Shown piece after piece: positions 50,871 through 63,712 of a stretch of 64,000 nt of DNA (its first letter is position 1; every line of letters begins with the position of its first letter). Location of the stretch: contig OX597838.1 in the NCBI GenBank assembly GCA_951406725.2, positions 26,722,001 through 26,786,000 of the forward strand. Direction: 5' to 3'. The notes under the pieces were generated by a model. It worked only from the letters and a program-made list of their open reading frames with translations, did no database searches and was not told the DNA's origin. This DNA comes from Octopus vulgaris (Eukaryota). The position numbers and the translations under genes were made by a program.

Positions 50871-51576
50871 AATGAGAAGGGTTTCAACTGGATCTGACCA
50901 AAGAAGAATGGAAGTGAATTCTAGAAGCATAATTTATCTTATAGCCAACTGGTGTCTTAGACTGAAATGGTTACAACATCCTAGGTACATTGGCTTTGGG
51001 GTACATTGGTTTTGGGGTACATTAACCCATTAGCAATCAGATTACTCTGTCAAATGTAATGCTTATTGATTAACATTTTTTAAAAATGGCTCAGTGGTTA
51101 GAGCATCGAGCTTACGATCGTGAGGTTGCAAGTTCAAATCCCAGGTTGTGTGTTGTGTTCTTGAGTAAGACACTTTATTTCACGTTGCTCCAGTTCACTC
51201 AGCTGTAGAAATGAGTTGTGATGTCACTGGTGCCAAGCTGTATCAGCTGTTGCCTTTGGATAACACTGGTGGTGTGGAGAGGGAAGGCAGGTATGCATGG
51301 GCGACTGCTGGTCTTCCATAAACAACCTTGCCTGGACTTGTGCCTGGGAGGATAACTTTCTAGGTGCAATCCCACGGTCAGTCATGACCGAAGGGGGTCT
51401 CAGCAAATTAATCATGCTGTTATCTTTTAACTTCAAGATTTTGACAATATTCTTTTATTCTTTTACTTGTTTCAGTCATTTGACTGCAGCCATGCTGGAG
51501 CACTGCCTCGATAAGGTTTTTTTTTTTTTTTTGTCGAACAAATCAACGCCAGAACTTCTTCTTTGTAAGCCTAGTA

Positions 51577-51700
51577 AAAGAACCTTCCGAGATTTTTTAC
51601 AGGGCTTAGAAAAACTGAAGGACTTGCAATAAGAGTGTGAATCTGAGAGGGGAATATATTGAATAAAAAAAATCATGATTCATTGACTCCTCTTGTATTT
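51577..51700 (+). mobile_element. Mariner transposase C-terminal fragment
   Basis: Degenerate ...F.GLEKLKD..NK.VNLRGEYIE* matching the mariner terminal KC+..GEY+E motif. Confidence 0.6.
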
Positions 51701-51945
51701 TAGACTGTGGCCATACTGGGGCAACCCCTTGGAGAATTTTTAGTTGAATGAACTGATTCCAGTACTTTTTTTCTAAAGCCTGGTACTTATTCTATCAGTC
51801 TCTCTTTTCAAACTGCTAAATTACAAGGGATGTAAACACACCAGCACCGGCTGTCAAGCAGCAGTGTGGGACAAAGACACACGCACACAACAGGCTTCTT
51901 TCAGTTTCTTTCAGTGATGATAGATGGTGGGGGACAAACAGACAT

Positions 51946-51989
<44 letters not shown>

Positions 51990-52479
51990 GACTGGCTTCT
52001 TTCAGTTTCCATCTACCAAAACCACTCACAAGGCTTTGGTCAGCCTAAGGCAATAGTAGAAGACACTTGCCCAAGGTGCCATGCAGTGGGACTGAACCCG
52101 GAACCATGTGGTTGAGAAACAAACTTGAAATGTTAATTAAAACTTAACTATACAAGTTAAATTTACTAGTTACTTACTTCAGCCCCATTATGAAGTAATG
52201 AATACTCCGTCAAAATACTACCATGCCCACCTCCTTTGAGAAATACTGCTACAATCCCTACGACATTATCATTCTCTACAAGCTGCAGTTTAAAAACAAA
52301 ATTCAAGTGTGTTCATAGTTACCCCTACCAGCATCCCGCATCATTGACAATGGACTCCATCCTGAATTTAACTCAGCATCCCAACGGCTGCCCCTCCTCT
52401 TCTCATTTGTGGTCTCTATTCCCTAAACTAAGTCATCTTTTGTGACCGATGTAACACACATTGGGACGTTACTGAAAGT

Positions 52480-53175
52480 CTTGGTGGTGGCAGAAGTGGG
52501 GATGGTGTTGATGGTGGCATTGGTGGGGAGGGTAGTGAGGGCAGTGATGATGGTGGTTGTGGTTATGTTGATGGTGATGGTGGTGGGGAAGGAATTGATG
52601 GTGGTGAGGGCAAGGATGATGATGGCGTTTGTGGTGATGTTGATGATTATAGTGGTGGGGATGGCGTTGATGGTGGTGAGGGTAATGATGATGGTGATGT
52701 TGAGAGTGGTGATGTTGATGGTGGTGGGGATGGTGTTGATGGTGGTGCTAGTAATGATGATGGTGGTTGTGGTGATGTTGATGGTGATGGTGAGGATGGC
52801 ATTGATGGTGGTGAGGGTAATGATGATGGTGATGTTGATAGTGGTGATGTTGATGGTGATGGGGATGGTGTTGATGGTGGTGTGAGTAATGATGATGGCG
52901 TTTGTGGTGATGTTGATGGTGAGAGTGGTGGGGATGGCGTTGATGGTGGTGAGGGTAATGATGATGATGATGTTGATAGTGGTGATGTTGATGGTGGTGG
53001 GGATGGTGTTGATGGTGGTGCTAGTAATGATGATGGTGGTTGTGGTGATGTTGATGGTGATGGTGAGGATGGCATTGATGGTGGTGATGATGTTAATAGT
53101 AGTGATGATGATGGTGATGGCATTGATAGTGGTGATGGTGGTGGGGGTAGTAAATGCAGTGGTGGTGGTGGTGGT
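52480..53175. repeat. (GGT/GAT) low-complexity array with ~273-bp higher-order repeat
   Basis: GATGATGGCGTTTGTGGTGATGTTGAT recurs at ~52618 and ~52891. Confidence 0.8.
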
Positions 53176-53859
53176 GAAAATACCATTTTAGTGGTGAAAG
53201 TATTCATGACAGAGACAAAGGGAGAGGGTGGGCATGGGGGTGGGGAACGTGTAACCGTGTACATATACATGCACGTGTGTGTGTGTGTGTGCATGCACGC
53301 GCTACATGACCCTCACCCCCACACCAATTCCAAAACACATCACATACCATGAGATGTGGAGAAAGAAGAGGAGGGGGGGAGAGGGAGGATGGTGATGGAT
53401 GCTGTGAGTCAAAGCAGGAAAGTTGGTAACTTGTCTCTGGAAGAGAGGACTAAAAATTCTAACAGTCTCGCTGAGTCAAAGAACCAGCTTCTTCCCACAA
53501 AGAACAGTCATGTTGATGAGGGTGATGATGATGATGATGATGCTGATAGTGGTGGTGGTGGTATTGTTGATGACGGTGATGTGATGATGACAGTAATGGG
53601 GATATTGCTGACAGGTGGTGACAGTCATGACGATGATGATGATGGTGGTGGTGGTGGTATTGATGGTGCCGACTATGCTGGTTGTGATGGTGACAATGAT
53701 GATGGTGGTGATGCGATGATAGCAGTAATGGGGATACTGCTGACAGAGGTGGTGACAGTGATGATGATGATGATGATGATGATGGTGATTATCTCTGCAA
53801 GTCAAGGTATAAGGAAGAAAGAATAAAGAGGAAGATGTAAGGAAGAAGGCAAAGATAGA

Positions 53860-54410
53860 AAGGAAGAAAAAGAAAGCGAAGAAGAAGAAGAAAGCGAAGG
53901 AGAAGAAGAAGAAAGCGAAGGAGAAGAAGAAGAAAGCGAAGGAGAAGAAGAAGAAAGCGAAGGAGGAGAAGAAGAAAGCAAAGAAGAAGAAAGCGAAGAA
54001 GAAGAAAGCGAAGAAGAAGAAAGCGAAGAAGAAGAAAGCGAAGAAGAAGAAATCGAAGAAGAAAAAGAAAGCGAAGAAGAAGAAGAAAGCGAAGAAGAAG
54101 AAAGCGAAGAAGAAGAAAGCGAAGAAGAAGGCGAAGAAGAAGAAGAAAGCGAAGAAGAAGGCGAAGAAGAAGGCGAAGAAGGCAAAGAAGAAGAAGAAGA
54201 AAGTGAAGAAGAAGAAGAAAGCGAAGAAGAAGAAGAAAGCACAGAAGAAGAAGAAGAAAAGGAAGAAGAAAGCGAAGAAGAAGAAAGCACAGAAGAAGAA
54301 AAGGAAGAAGAAAGCGAAAAAGAAGAAGAAGAAGGCGAAGAAGAAAGCACAGAAGGAAAGGAAAAGGAAAAGAAAAGAAAAAGGGAAGAGAGAAAAGGAG
54401 GAGGAGGGGG
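53860..54410. repeat. (GAA)nAGC purine-rich minisatellite
   Basis: Units GAAGAAGAAGAAAGC with variants. The plus strand is almost purely purine. Confidence 0.95.
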
Positions 54411-54853
54411 ATCATATTTTTGAAGAATTGAATTTATTAGCTGTAAATAGGTGAAGTGAAAGGAAAAAGAAAACTGGAAGAATTAGTAAGATTATCCCTC
54501 CTCCCCCAACCCAGCATAGAAGACTATTGACATAGTAACCATGTTTTACTGTTAGAACTGGAGGGAAGGGGGTGGGAGATGTCAGGGGGGAACTGGGTGT
54601 GAGAGGGGTGGGTGGGTGGCTATTTATTTATTTGTTTTTTTATAAGGTCTTTTGGTGAGTGACGACTGGTTGGGGGGGGATGGTGGTTGTGAAGAATTCC
54701 GGGGAGTGGGGAGTTTCTTTTGTTTAAACAATGGGGGTGGCATTGGTGGTGGTGGTGGTAGGATGGTGGTGGGTGAGGGTGACGTAAACAAATGGACATA
54801 CCTATTGTATATCTATTGACAGACTGGCATGACATACAGACAGACAAACAAAG

Positions 54854-54901
<48 letters not shown>

Positions 54902-55004
54902 GCACACTTTGACCTACTTTACAGCATTGATATATTGTGTCATGGCCAAATACATGAACAAAAAATAAATAAACTAATCAATAAACCAATCAGCCACCGA
55001 AAGA

Positions 55005-55600
55005 CAGGTGTGTGCGTGTGTGTCTGTGTGTGTGTGAGTGTGTGTATGAGTGTGTGTGTGTATATGAGTGTGTGTGTGTGTGAATGTGAGTGTGTGAATG
55101 TGAGTGTGTGTGTGTGAGAGTGTGTGTGTATATGAATGTGTATGTATATGAGTGTGTGTGTATATGAGTGTGTGTGTATATGAGTGTGTGTGTATATGAG
55201 TGTGTGTGTGTATGAATGTGTGTGTATATGAGTATGTGTGTATATGAGTGAGTGTGTATATGAGTGTGTGTGTGTATACGAGTGTGTGTGTGTGTATACG
55301 AGTGTGTGTGTGTGTGTATAAGAGTGTGTGTGTGTATACGAGTGTGTGTGTGTATACAAGTGTGTGTGTATACAAGTGTGTGTGTGTATACGAGTGTGTG
55401 TGTGTATACGAGTGTGTGTGTGTATACGAGTGTGTGTGTGTATACGAGTGTGTGTGTGTATACGAGTGTGTGTGTGTATACGAGTGTGTGTGTGTATACG
55501 AGTGTGTGTGTGTATACGAGTGTGTGTGTGTATATGAGTGTGTGTGTATATGAGTGTGTGTGTGTGTATATGAGAGTGTGTGTGTGTGTGTGTGTGCATG
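55005..55600. repeat. (TG)-derived 16-18-bp minisatellite (ACGAGTGTGTGTGTGTAT)n
   Basis: Seen directly; the translated frames show 6-aa periodicity. Confidence 0.9.
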
Positions 55601-55609
55601 CATGAATAT

Positions 55610-56002
55610 ACTTTTACTGTTTTACTGGTGTCAGTCATTTGATTGTGACCGTTATGGAGCACCACCTCAAAAAGAGTTTTGGTCAAAGAAATCAACACGA
55701 GGATTTATTCTTTGTAAGCCTGGTGTTTATTCTATCAGTCTCTTTTGCCGAACCACTAAGTTACGGGGATATAAACACACCAACATCAGTTGTCAAGCAA
55801 TGGTGGGGGGGGGGATAAACAGACACACACACACACACACATACATACATATATATATGACAGGCTTCTTTCAGTTTCCGTCTACCAAATCCACTTGCAA
55901 AGCTTTGGTCAGCCCGAGGCTATAGTAGAAGACACTTGCCCTAGGTGCCACAGAGTGAGATTGAACCTAGAACTATGTGGTTGGGAAGCAAGCTTCTTAC
56001 CA
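55610..56002 (-). mobile_element. SINE family A
   Basis: Reverse-complement match, truncated at the head. Confidence 0.88.
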
Positions 56003-56276
56003 CATGTATATATCCGAATGTGGTTGATACCAGTGCCTCTGGACTGGCTCCCATGCCGGTGGCATGTAAAAAGCACCACCCAAACATGGTTGACGCCAGG
56101 TCAGACTGGAGCCTAGTGCAACTCTCCGGCTTAACATTTTCAGTCAAACCATCTAACCCATGCCAGCATGGAAAGTGGAAAGCAGATGCTAAATGATGAT
56201 GATGTGTGTGTATATATACATATATATATGTATGTATCAAATGAAATAAAATGAAAAACAGGACACAAAGGATGTC

Positions 56277-56368
56277 GCGGTACATATGTTTCGAGCTTTA
56301 TAGAACAACTTATTCTTACATCAATGTATAATCAACATAACAGATAGTTTAAAGCCCTCTTCAGCCGC
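56277..56368 (-). ncRNA. Type I hammerhead ribozyme (Penelope/retrozyme-type) with extended stem II
   Basis: Minus strand: GCGG-CUGAAGA-GGGCUUUA-[49 nt]-UAAAGCUC-GAAA-CAUAUG-UA-CCGC. All core nucleotides are present, stems I, II and III pair, and the cleavage triplet is GUA. Confidence 0.8.
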
Positions 56369-56511
56369 ATGCAATTGCTACACCAAAGACTCATCACATT
56401 ATGAAAGGTTTGAGAAAGAACATTTGGTATTATTTATAATGGTATCCTCTCACCTATGCTACTAGCTGGCATATACAGTTGCTTACATTTATCAAGTATT
56501 CACCCTGAATT

Positions 56512-56557
<46 letters not shown>

Positions 56558-56615
56558 AATACATCTAGGTGTATCAAATACCATACAACATAAATTCTGG
56601 CATCTAGAGAAAATA

Positions 56616-56844
56616 CAGGGTGGCCCAAAAGTAGGTTTACAATTATTCATCTCTTTGCATTCATAAATTAACAGTTTAGATCTTAATCCCTACCCCCCAA
56701 AAATGAAACCATTATTCTATGCTAATTTAGTTAGTTTGTCAAGCTCCCTTTTCAGTTTGTAGGATAAAAATTTAAATGTAATAAAATGTTTTAAAAGAAA
56801 TTTCAAGTGCCTACGTGATAACTGTAAACCTACTTTTGGACCAC
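56616..56844. mobile_element. Tc1/mariner-type MITE
   Basis: TA|CAGGGTGGCCCAAAAGTAGGTTTACA...TGTAAACCTACTTTTGGACCAC inverted termini; right end truncated. Confidence 0.75.
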
Positions 56845-57540
56845 AAGACAGGTTTATTGTATGAAGATAAGAGGACAATAGTGGACACAAGTTTCTGGCT
56901 CCAAAGCCATCATCAGTATGATGGTCATTCTAACTTATCTCCAGTAGCTTTCCCAGGCCAGAAATCTGTTCTAGTCATTTTTTAATAAATCTAAGTTCCT
57001 TGGCTACCCAGATATGTAGCACGCCTGCTTGCTTGCACACACACACACACACACACACACTATATATGTGTGATGTGTACATACATACACACATATACAC
57101 ACACACACACTATAAGTATACATACATACTTACATATATATATATATGCCTACACCCATACACACATTATTTATAAATTTATATACATATGTATATATAC
57201 ATACACACTATACATACATATATACATACATATACTATTTATCCATACATACATACTATTTATACATATATACAGACACTATTTATACATGTATACATAC
57301 ACTATATATACATATATATACACACACTATATATACATATACATACACTATATATACATACATATACATACACTATATATACATACATTATATATACGTA
57401 CACTATATATACATATATATATACACACACATTTTCATATATATACATATACATACACACACACATTTATATATATATATATATACATACACACACACAT
57501 TTATATATATATATATACATACATACACACACACACACAC

Positions 57541-57586
<46 letters not shown>

Positions 57587-57875
57587 CATTGGAAAACAGA
57601 GAAAGGGGGAGAGAGACAGACAGATTACTCAGCAGAACAGATAGGTGTATATACTAATAATAAAAAGAAGAAAAAGCAGACACAAAGAAAGGTAACTTTT
57701 CTCTGTATTAGTCATATTCTCTTAGTGCTTTAAGAGAAACAAAAATAACATAGTTTATGTAAACAGAAAAAAACTACAGATTGATAAATGAGTCAATCAG
57801 AATTTGACCTTTCGTGATAAAAGATATTCCTTATTGGGTAATCAATCTCATTGGCTTTTGGTTTAGGTAGGTACT

Positions 57876-57910
<35 letters not shown>

Positions 57911-57924
57911 ATTTACGCGATAGG

Positions 57925-58129
57925 TTTACTCTTTTACTTGTTTCAGTCATTTGACTGCGGCCATGCTGGAGCACCGCCTTTAGTCGAGCAAATCGACCCC
58001 GGGACTTATTCTTTGTAAGCCCAGTACTTATTCTATCAGTCTCTTTTGCCGAACCGCTAAGTGACGGGGACGTAAACACACCAGCATCGGTTGTCAAGCA
58101 ATGCTAGGGGGACAAACACAGACACACAA

Positions 58130-58171
<42 letters not shown>

Positions 58172-58318
58172 GACAGGCTTCTTTCAGTTTCTGTCTACCA
58201 AATCCACTCACAAGGCATTGGTCGGCCCGGGGCTATAGCAGAAGACACTTGCCCAAGATGCCACGCAGTGGGACTGAACCCAGAACCATGTGGTTGTTTA
58301 GCAAGCTACTTACCACAC
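57925..58318 (-). mobile_element. SINE family A (young)
   Basis: Near-consensus with CpGs retained. Confidence 0.92.
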
Positions 58319-58362
58319 AAACACGACAAACATATTTTCACAAAATATTTATTATTATAAAG

Positions 58363-58679
58363 CAGTGGTTCCCAAAGTGGATGATATCCCCCCCCCCCCT
58401 TGGAGATGGTGTAAAGTTCCAAGGGGGGCATTGAAGAAAAGTGGGGTGATAATGGCGTAGCAATTCATGTACAAATTAGGGCAGTAATGGGGTGGCGATT
58501 CATGAAAAACAACAAAATAATGGGTTCATTAGGTTAAGTTTTATTTATGAAATACGGTTGCTTTGAATTTGCTTTAGAAAGAGGTCTATGTTTGAGGTGG
58601 TTAGTTGGGGGTGGGAGCACTAGGAATGTGGCCTGGGTGTCAAGGGGGGCAGCAGCCCAAAACAGTTTGGGAACAACTG
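58363..58679. mobile_element. hAT MITE
   Basis: TIRs CAGTGGTTCCCAAA...TTTGGGAACAACTG with 8-bp TSD TTATAAAG on both sides. Confidence 0.9.
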
Positions 58680-58997
58680 TTATAAAGCATATTGCATATG
58701 ATTTCTATGTATGCTTTTATTTAAGTATTTAAGAAGCTTACTTTGTAACCACATGGTTTCTGGTTCAGTCCCACTGTGTAGAGCCTTGAGCAAGTGTCTT
58801 CTACTTTCTGTAGCACCTGGTTGAACAGGACCTTGTGAGTGGATTTGGTAGACAGAAACTGTGGAGGGCAAGTCGTGTGTGTGTGTGTGATGTTTTCCCC
58901 CACCACCATTTGACAGCCAGTGTTCATTTGTTTACGTCCCTGGGACTTAGCAGTTCAGCAAAAGAGATTAACAAAATAAGAACTAGATTTTAAAATA

Positions 58998-59430
58998 GTG
59001 GCTGTAGCGAAAGAGGTAGTATGGTGAACACGTTTGAAAGGGCTAAAGACAGACGCTTTCCTCTTTTGCCAAGGGTGGAGAGGAAAGTGCTGCCTTGTAG
59101 CAAGTTTTTTGAAAGGTGGGTGAATGTTGGAAGAATGGTCAGTGTGAAAGGATCAATCCTGAGTGTGCACCTCTGAACAAATTTAAAGAAGGGCTCTTGC
59201 CCTGTTGATCAGGCACTCATGGCTTTTGTGGGATTTTCCACGAGGACCTTAAAGTGCCTCCCCTATTAGGAGTTTTAATTTGTTCAATTTTAATTGTTAT
59301 TTATAGTGTTTACATGCAGAAAACCCATTGTATCCTGTTTTTGTCTTTTATGTGGTCCTTTAATGTTTTTGTATGTGAGCCCTTGTGGCTAATAACAGAA
59401 TGAATTATTATTATGATTATTATTATTATT
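58998..59430 (+). mobile_element. Tx1/L1-clade LINE 3' end (degenerate)
   Basis: VAVAKEVVW*TRLKGLK...RVERKVL..SKFFERWVNVGRMV resembles Tx1 ORF2 C-termini. The UTR ends GCCCTTGTGGCTAATAACAGAA then (TTA)n. A related minus-strand end lies at ~24480-24785. Confidence 0.6.
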
Positions 59431-59563
59431 ATTACTGATCAAAAGAAACCAGTACCAGTCAATCAGTACCAATATAATTTGTGGATTTTGAGACAAATTT
59501 GAAACCATTATTATTTTCCTTCCGTTTTTATTTTATTATTTTTTTAAAATTTTTACACAAATA

Positions 59564-59964
59564 GGCGCAGGAGTGGCTGTGTGGTAAGTAGCTTGCTAAC
59601 CAACCACATGGTTCCGGGTTCAGTCCCACTGCGTGGCAGCTTGGACAAGTGTCTTCTACTATAGCCTCGGGTCGACCAAAGCCTTGTGAGTGGATTTGGT
59701 AGACGGAAACTGAAAGAAGCCCGTCGTATATATGTATATAGATATGTGTGTGCGTGTATGTTTGTGTTTGTCCCCCTAGCATTGCTTGACAACCGATGCT
59801 GGTGTGTTTACGTCCCCATCACTTAGCGGTTCGGCAAAAGAGACCGATAGAATAAGTACTGGGCTTACAAAGAATAAGTCCCGGGGTCGAGTTTCTCGAT
59901 TAAAGGCGGTGCTCCAGCATGGTCGCAGTCAAATGACTGAAACAAGTAAAAGAGTAAAGAGTAA
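59564..59964 (+). mobile_element. SINE family A, full length (young)
   Basis: GGCGCAGGAGTGGCTG...AACAAGTAAAAGAGTAAAGAGT with short AAATA flanks. Confidence 0.92.
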
Positions 59965-60425
59965 AAATAAGAATGTAAACAAATAAAAAAACATAAGAAC
60001 ACCCCTACCCCACCACCACCACTGAACTGAAAAATGAGACCAAAAGGTCAACAGCCCCCACCAACCACCACCACCACCTCTGCCAAAATTACAGCAGCCA
60101 TGAGAACTTGATGTTAACAGGAAGATAAGCAGGAAAACTGGAGTAATTTGTCTTTTTGGTGTATTTTATTACAATGTCCAGACCTGCCCTGTGGCAGGAA
60201 CTGTGTGGTGGTAGTGGTGGAGAGAGAGAGAGAGAGTGGGAGGGAGAGAGAGAGAGAGAAAGAGAGAAAGGGAGGAGCAGCTTGGGATGATGGATGCGTG
60301 TGTATGGATGTTCACAAGTATGTGTATGTAGGCATATAAACACACACATGCAAGGGAGTGAGAGGGGAAACCAGTAAAAGGATATATGCATCTTGTCTGT
60401 CTGTCTGTGTCTATCTATCTATCTA

Positions 60426-60464
<39 letters not shown>

Positions 60465-60708
60465 ATGTGCGCCTGTGTGTGTATGTGTGTGTGTGTGTTT
60501 ACAAGAAATTAGTTGTGATCAAATCAGCAGGAAGATAGGATCTGGTAAGTTTAAAAATTAATCTAAGACATGCTATCATGAAGATACCCCTGTGATTCCC
60601 CCAAGAATTTGAGGGCCTAAGACAAAGGGACACACGGACACACACACTATTTGACAATAGTTTGATTCTGGATCATTCTTACTATTAAATAATATTTGTA
60701 ACTCTTAA

Positions 60709-60905
60709 AGCGGCGAGCTGGCAGAAACGTTAGCACGCCGGGCGAAATGCTTAGCGGTATTTTGTCTGTCTTTACTTTCCGAGTTCAAATTCCGTCGAGG
60801 TCGACTTTGCCTTTCATCCTTTTGGGGGTCGATAAATTAAGTCCCAGTTGCATACCGGGGTTGATCTAATCAACTGGCCCCCTCCCCCCAAAATTTCAGG
60901 CAGAA
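60709..60905 (+). mobile_element. SINE family B
   Basis: Near-consensus head and body. Confidence 0.88.
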
Positions 60906-61087
60906 ATGAATATTTGTAATTCTTACCAAATATGTTGAGTACCACTTGTTTTTATTTGCCCACTTGAAATACATGAATATTTAGTATTATGTCGAGTTGC
61001 TCGTATAGAAAAACAATTAACAATAAACTGAAGAGTTACTTAATACTTTTGGTGGAGAACATGTTTATTAATTTTTTACATAGAATA

Positions 61088-61249
61088 GGCGCAGGAGTGG
61101 CTGTGTGGTAAGTATCTTGCTAAACAACCACATGGTTCTGGGTTCAGTCCCACTGCGTGGCATCTTGGGCAAGTGTCTTCTGCTATAGTCCCAGGCCGAC
61201 CAATGCCTTGTGAGTGGATTTGGTAGACGGAAACTGAAAGAAGCCTGTC

Positions 61250-61311
<62 letters not shown>

Positions 61312-61513
61312 CTGTGTTTGTCCCCCTAGCATTGCTTGACAACCGATGCTGGTGTGTTTACGTCCCCGTCACCTAGCGGTTCGGCAAAAGAGGCCGATAG
61401 AATAAGTACTGGGCTTACAAAGAATAAGTCCCGGGGTCGATTTGCTCGAATAAAGGCGGTGCTCCAACATGGCCGCAGTCAAATGACTGAAACAAGTAAA
61501 AGAGTAAAGAGTA
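61088..61513 (+). mobile_element. SINE family A, full length (young)
   Basis: Near-identical to the reverse complement of 57925-58318. Confidence 0.92.
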
Positions 61514-62639
61514 ATAGATTATACAGTTCTATATTTAAGAGATGAGGAATTTTTTGTATATTATTTACATTTGACGGATATTTGTCGTCCTCATCAGTGT
61601 AGTGGTGAAAGCAAACCACACACACATAAATAGATATGTATGCAGGTCTGTTGGGTGGGGAATGAATATGTACATCTTTTGAGATTGTGTTCCATCATTT
61701 AGCATTGGGTATTATGCCCATGGGCATATAGCATAGTGGTTAAGAGCACAGGCTGCTAACCACAAAAGATTCCGACTATAGCCTCGGGCAGACCAAAGCC
61801 TTCTGAGTGGATTTGGGAGACGGAAACTGAAACAAGCCCATCGTGTGTGTGTGTGTGTGTATATATATATATTTATTTATTTGTGTGTGTGCGTGTATAT
61901 GTATTATGTATGTCCACCAACCATCACTTGACAACCAATGCTAGTGTGTTTACACCTCTGTAACTTAGTGGTTCGGCAAAAGAGACTGATAGAATAAGTA
62001 CTAGGCTTACAAGTACTAGGCCAGGGTCAGTTTGTTTAACTAAAGGCAGTGCTTGTCTGCTAGCAGATCAATCCCAATGGTAGTAATGGAATGTAAAGGT
62101 GACTGTAAAGAATTTAGTAACAGTAATAAATAGTTTATCCTTATCTGATATAAGTTAACAAATTCTGCATTCAAAATAGATACAGCCTAAAGGGAGATAA
62201 TTTTAGAAAGACTTGAAAGTTAACATAAGATTGTAAGTAGGTAAAGTAAATATAACAAATAATCCAGAATCCTTGTTTGGAACTAGATCGATCCCAAAAT
62301 CTAATCAGTTCATGAGGTTAAACATCTCTGAAAGTTTCATCAGAATCCATCCAATGGTTCTTGAGATATCTTGTCCACAGACAAACAAATGCACCTGAAA
62401 ACAATACTTCCGTCTTCACTAAGGTGGAGGTAACAATAATCCTAGGATGGAATTTATAAACATCTAATGCATTGCTATGTGTGTTTCCATATACATACAT
62501 AAGTATAAATAAACCTATAATCAAAGACCTAGCCTTAACTCCTCCAGTTTTCAAGGGTATACCACATTGTGTCCATTCATCAGTGACCAATGAAGACAGT
62601 GGCTTTGAGCATATAACACTTTTACAAGGGATGAGGTTG

Positions 62640-63450
62640 CACAGGACACCTCAGGTATTGGGGCACACATAAGGTGGCGTGTTGGCAGGATCGTTAGCAT
62701 GCCAGGCGAAATGCTTAGTGGTATTTCGTCTGCTGTTACGTTCTGAGTTCAAATTCCGCCGAGGTCGACTTTGCCTTTCATCCTTTTGGGGTTGATTAAA
62801 TAAGTACCATTTATGCCTTGGGGTCGATATAATCGACTTAATTCATTTGTCTGTCCATGCTTGTCCTCTCTGTGTTTAGCCCCTTGTGGGTAGTAAAGAA
62901 ATAGGTATTGGGGCACACACGGTTGCAGCATGTCACTGCCTCCACCATTTGTCAGTATTTGCTTAGATCATCCTAGGAAACTTCCCAAGTAGCGGCTCAG
63001 CATTATATTTCTTCATCTACCATGACATGTGGCACGTGGTTGACCAACAAGATGCTCAGAAAGAGGATATGATATACAGGATCCGATTGCAGAATCTGAC
63101 TAAGAAAATCAAGCAACATGACCAACCAGTCTGAGATGACGCTCCTGAATCACAGAAGTAACAGGACACATCCCAGTTTCTGAATAGAGTCATTGGATGG
63201 GTGTGAAATCCAACCAATGGTAACTCAAAATCCTGCTAAGGAGTTCAGGTGGCTCCTTGGCGCCCCAGACAGGGTCCATGTCTTACAACTATAAAGCAAG
63301 ACATGGAGGACCAGAGACAAGCGACTTGCTTTTGAAGCATAGTGTAAATAGGGGTACATTATTCAATGTCCCATTTCAATGAAAAAAAAAAAAACAATTT
63401 AATAAGCTGGGTAACAACATAGCAGATCTCAACAGAAGCACCGAACTAAG
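62640..63450 (-). mobile_element. Degenerate RTE LINE 3' region, interrupted by SINE B
   Basis: Minus frames give LVLHVLLYSCKTWTLS, ETGMCPVTSVIQERHLRLVGHVA and VGQPRAT, matching the RTE motifs LYG.E.W, R.R..GHV.R and GRP. Confidence 0.75.
62670..62902 (+). mobile_element. SINE B (Tx1-tailed variant) with 17-bp TSD
   Basis: TSD AGGTATTGGGGCACACA at 62653-62669 and 62903-62919. Confidence 0.92.
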
Positions 63451-63544
63451 TAGTGTGTTAGATATAGTTAGAGATCATCCAATAATCCAATTAAACAATG
63501 ATGATGATGACAGTGTATGTATGTACATATATATATATATACAT

Positions 63545-63712
63545 ATATATGACAGGCTTCTTTCAGTTTCCATCTACCAAATCCACTCACAAGGCTTTGG
63601 TCGGCCTGAGGCTATGGTGGAAGACACTTGCCCAAGGTGCCATGCAGTGGGACTGAACCCGGAACCATGTGGTTGGTAAGCAAGCTACTCACCACACAGC
63701 CATTCCTGTGCC
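63545..63712 (-). mobile_element. SINE family A 5' half
   Basis: Reverse-complement match to the head and CORE-like region. Confidence 0.88.

Noticed and set aside
2192-57657. Numerous long ORFs rich in YI, CV, HT, D, M, S or L
   Set aside because: They are translations of di- and trinucleotide microsatellites, with no domain content or splice support.
12535-60050. Scattered AGGTCA nuclear-receptor half-sites
   Set aside because: The number seen is not above rough chance expectation for 64 kb.
60506-60544. Possible 39-nt plus-strand exon ending TCTG|GTAAGT
   Set aside because: The donor is good, but the acceptor is a weak AAG after a (TG)n tract, there are no partner exons, and it is on the opposite strand to the other candidates.
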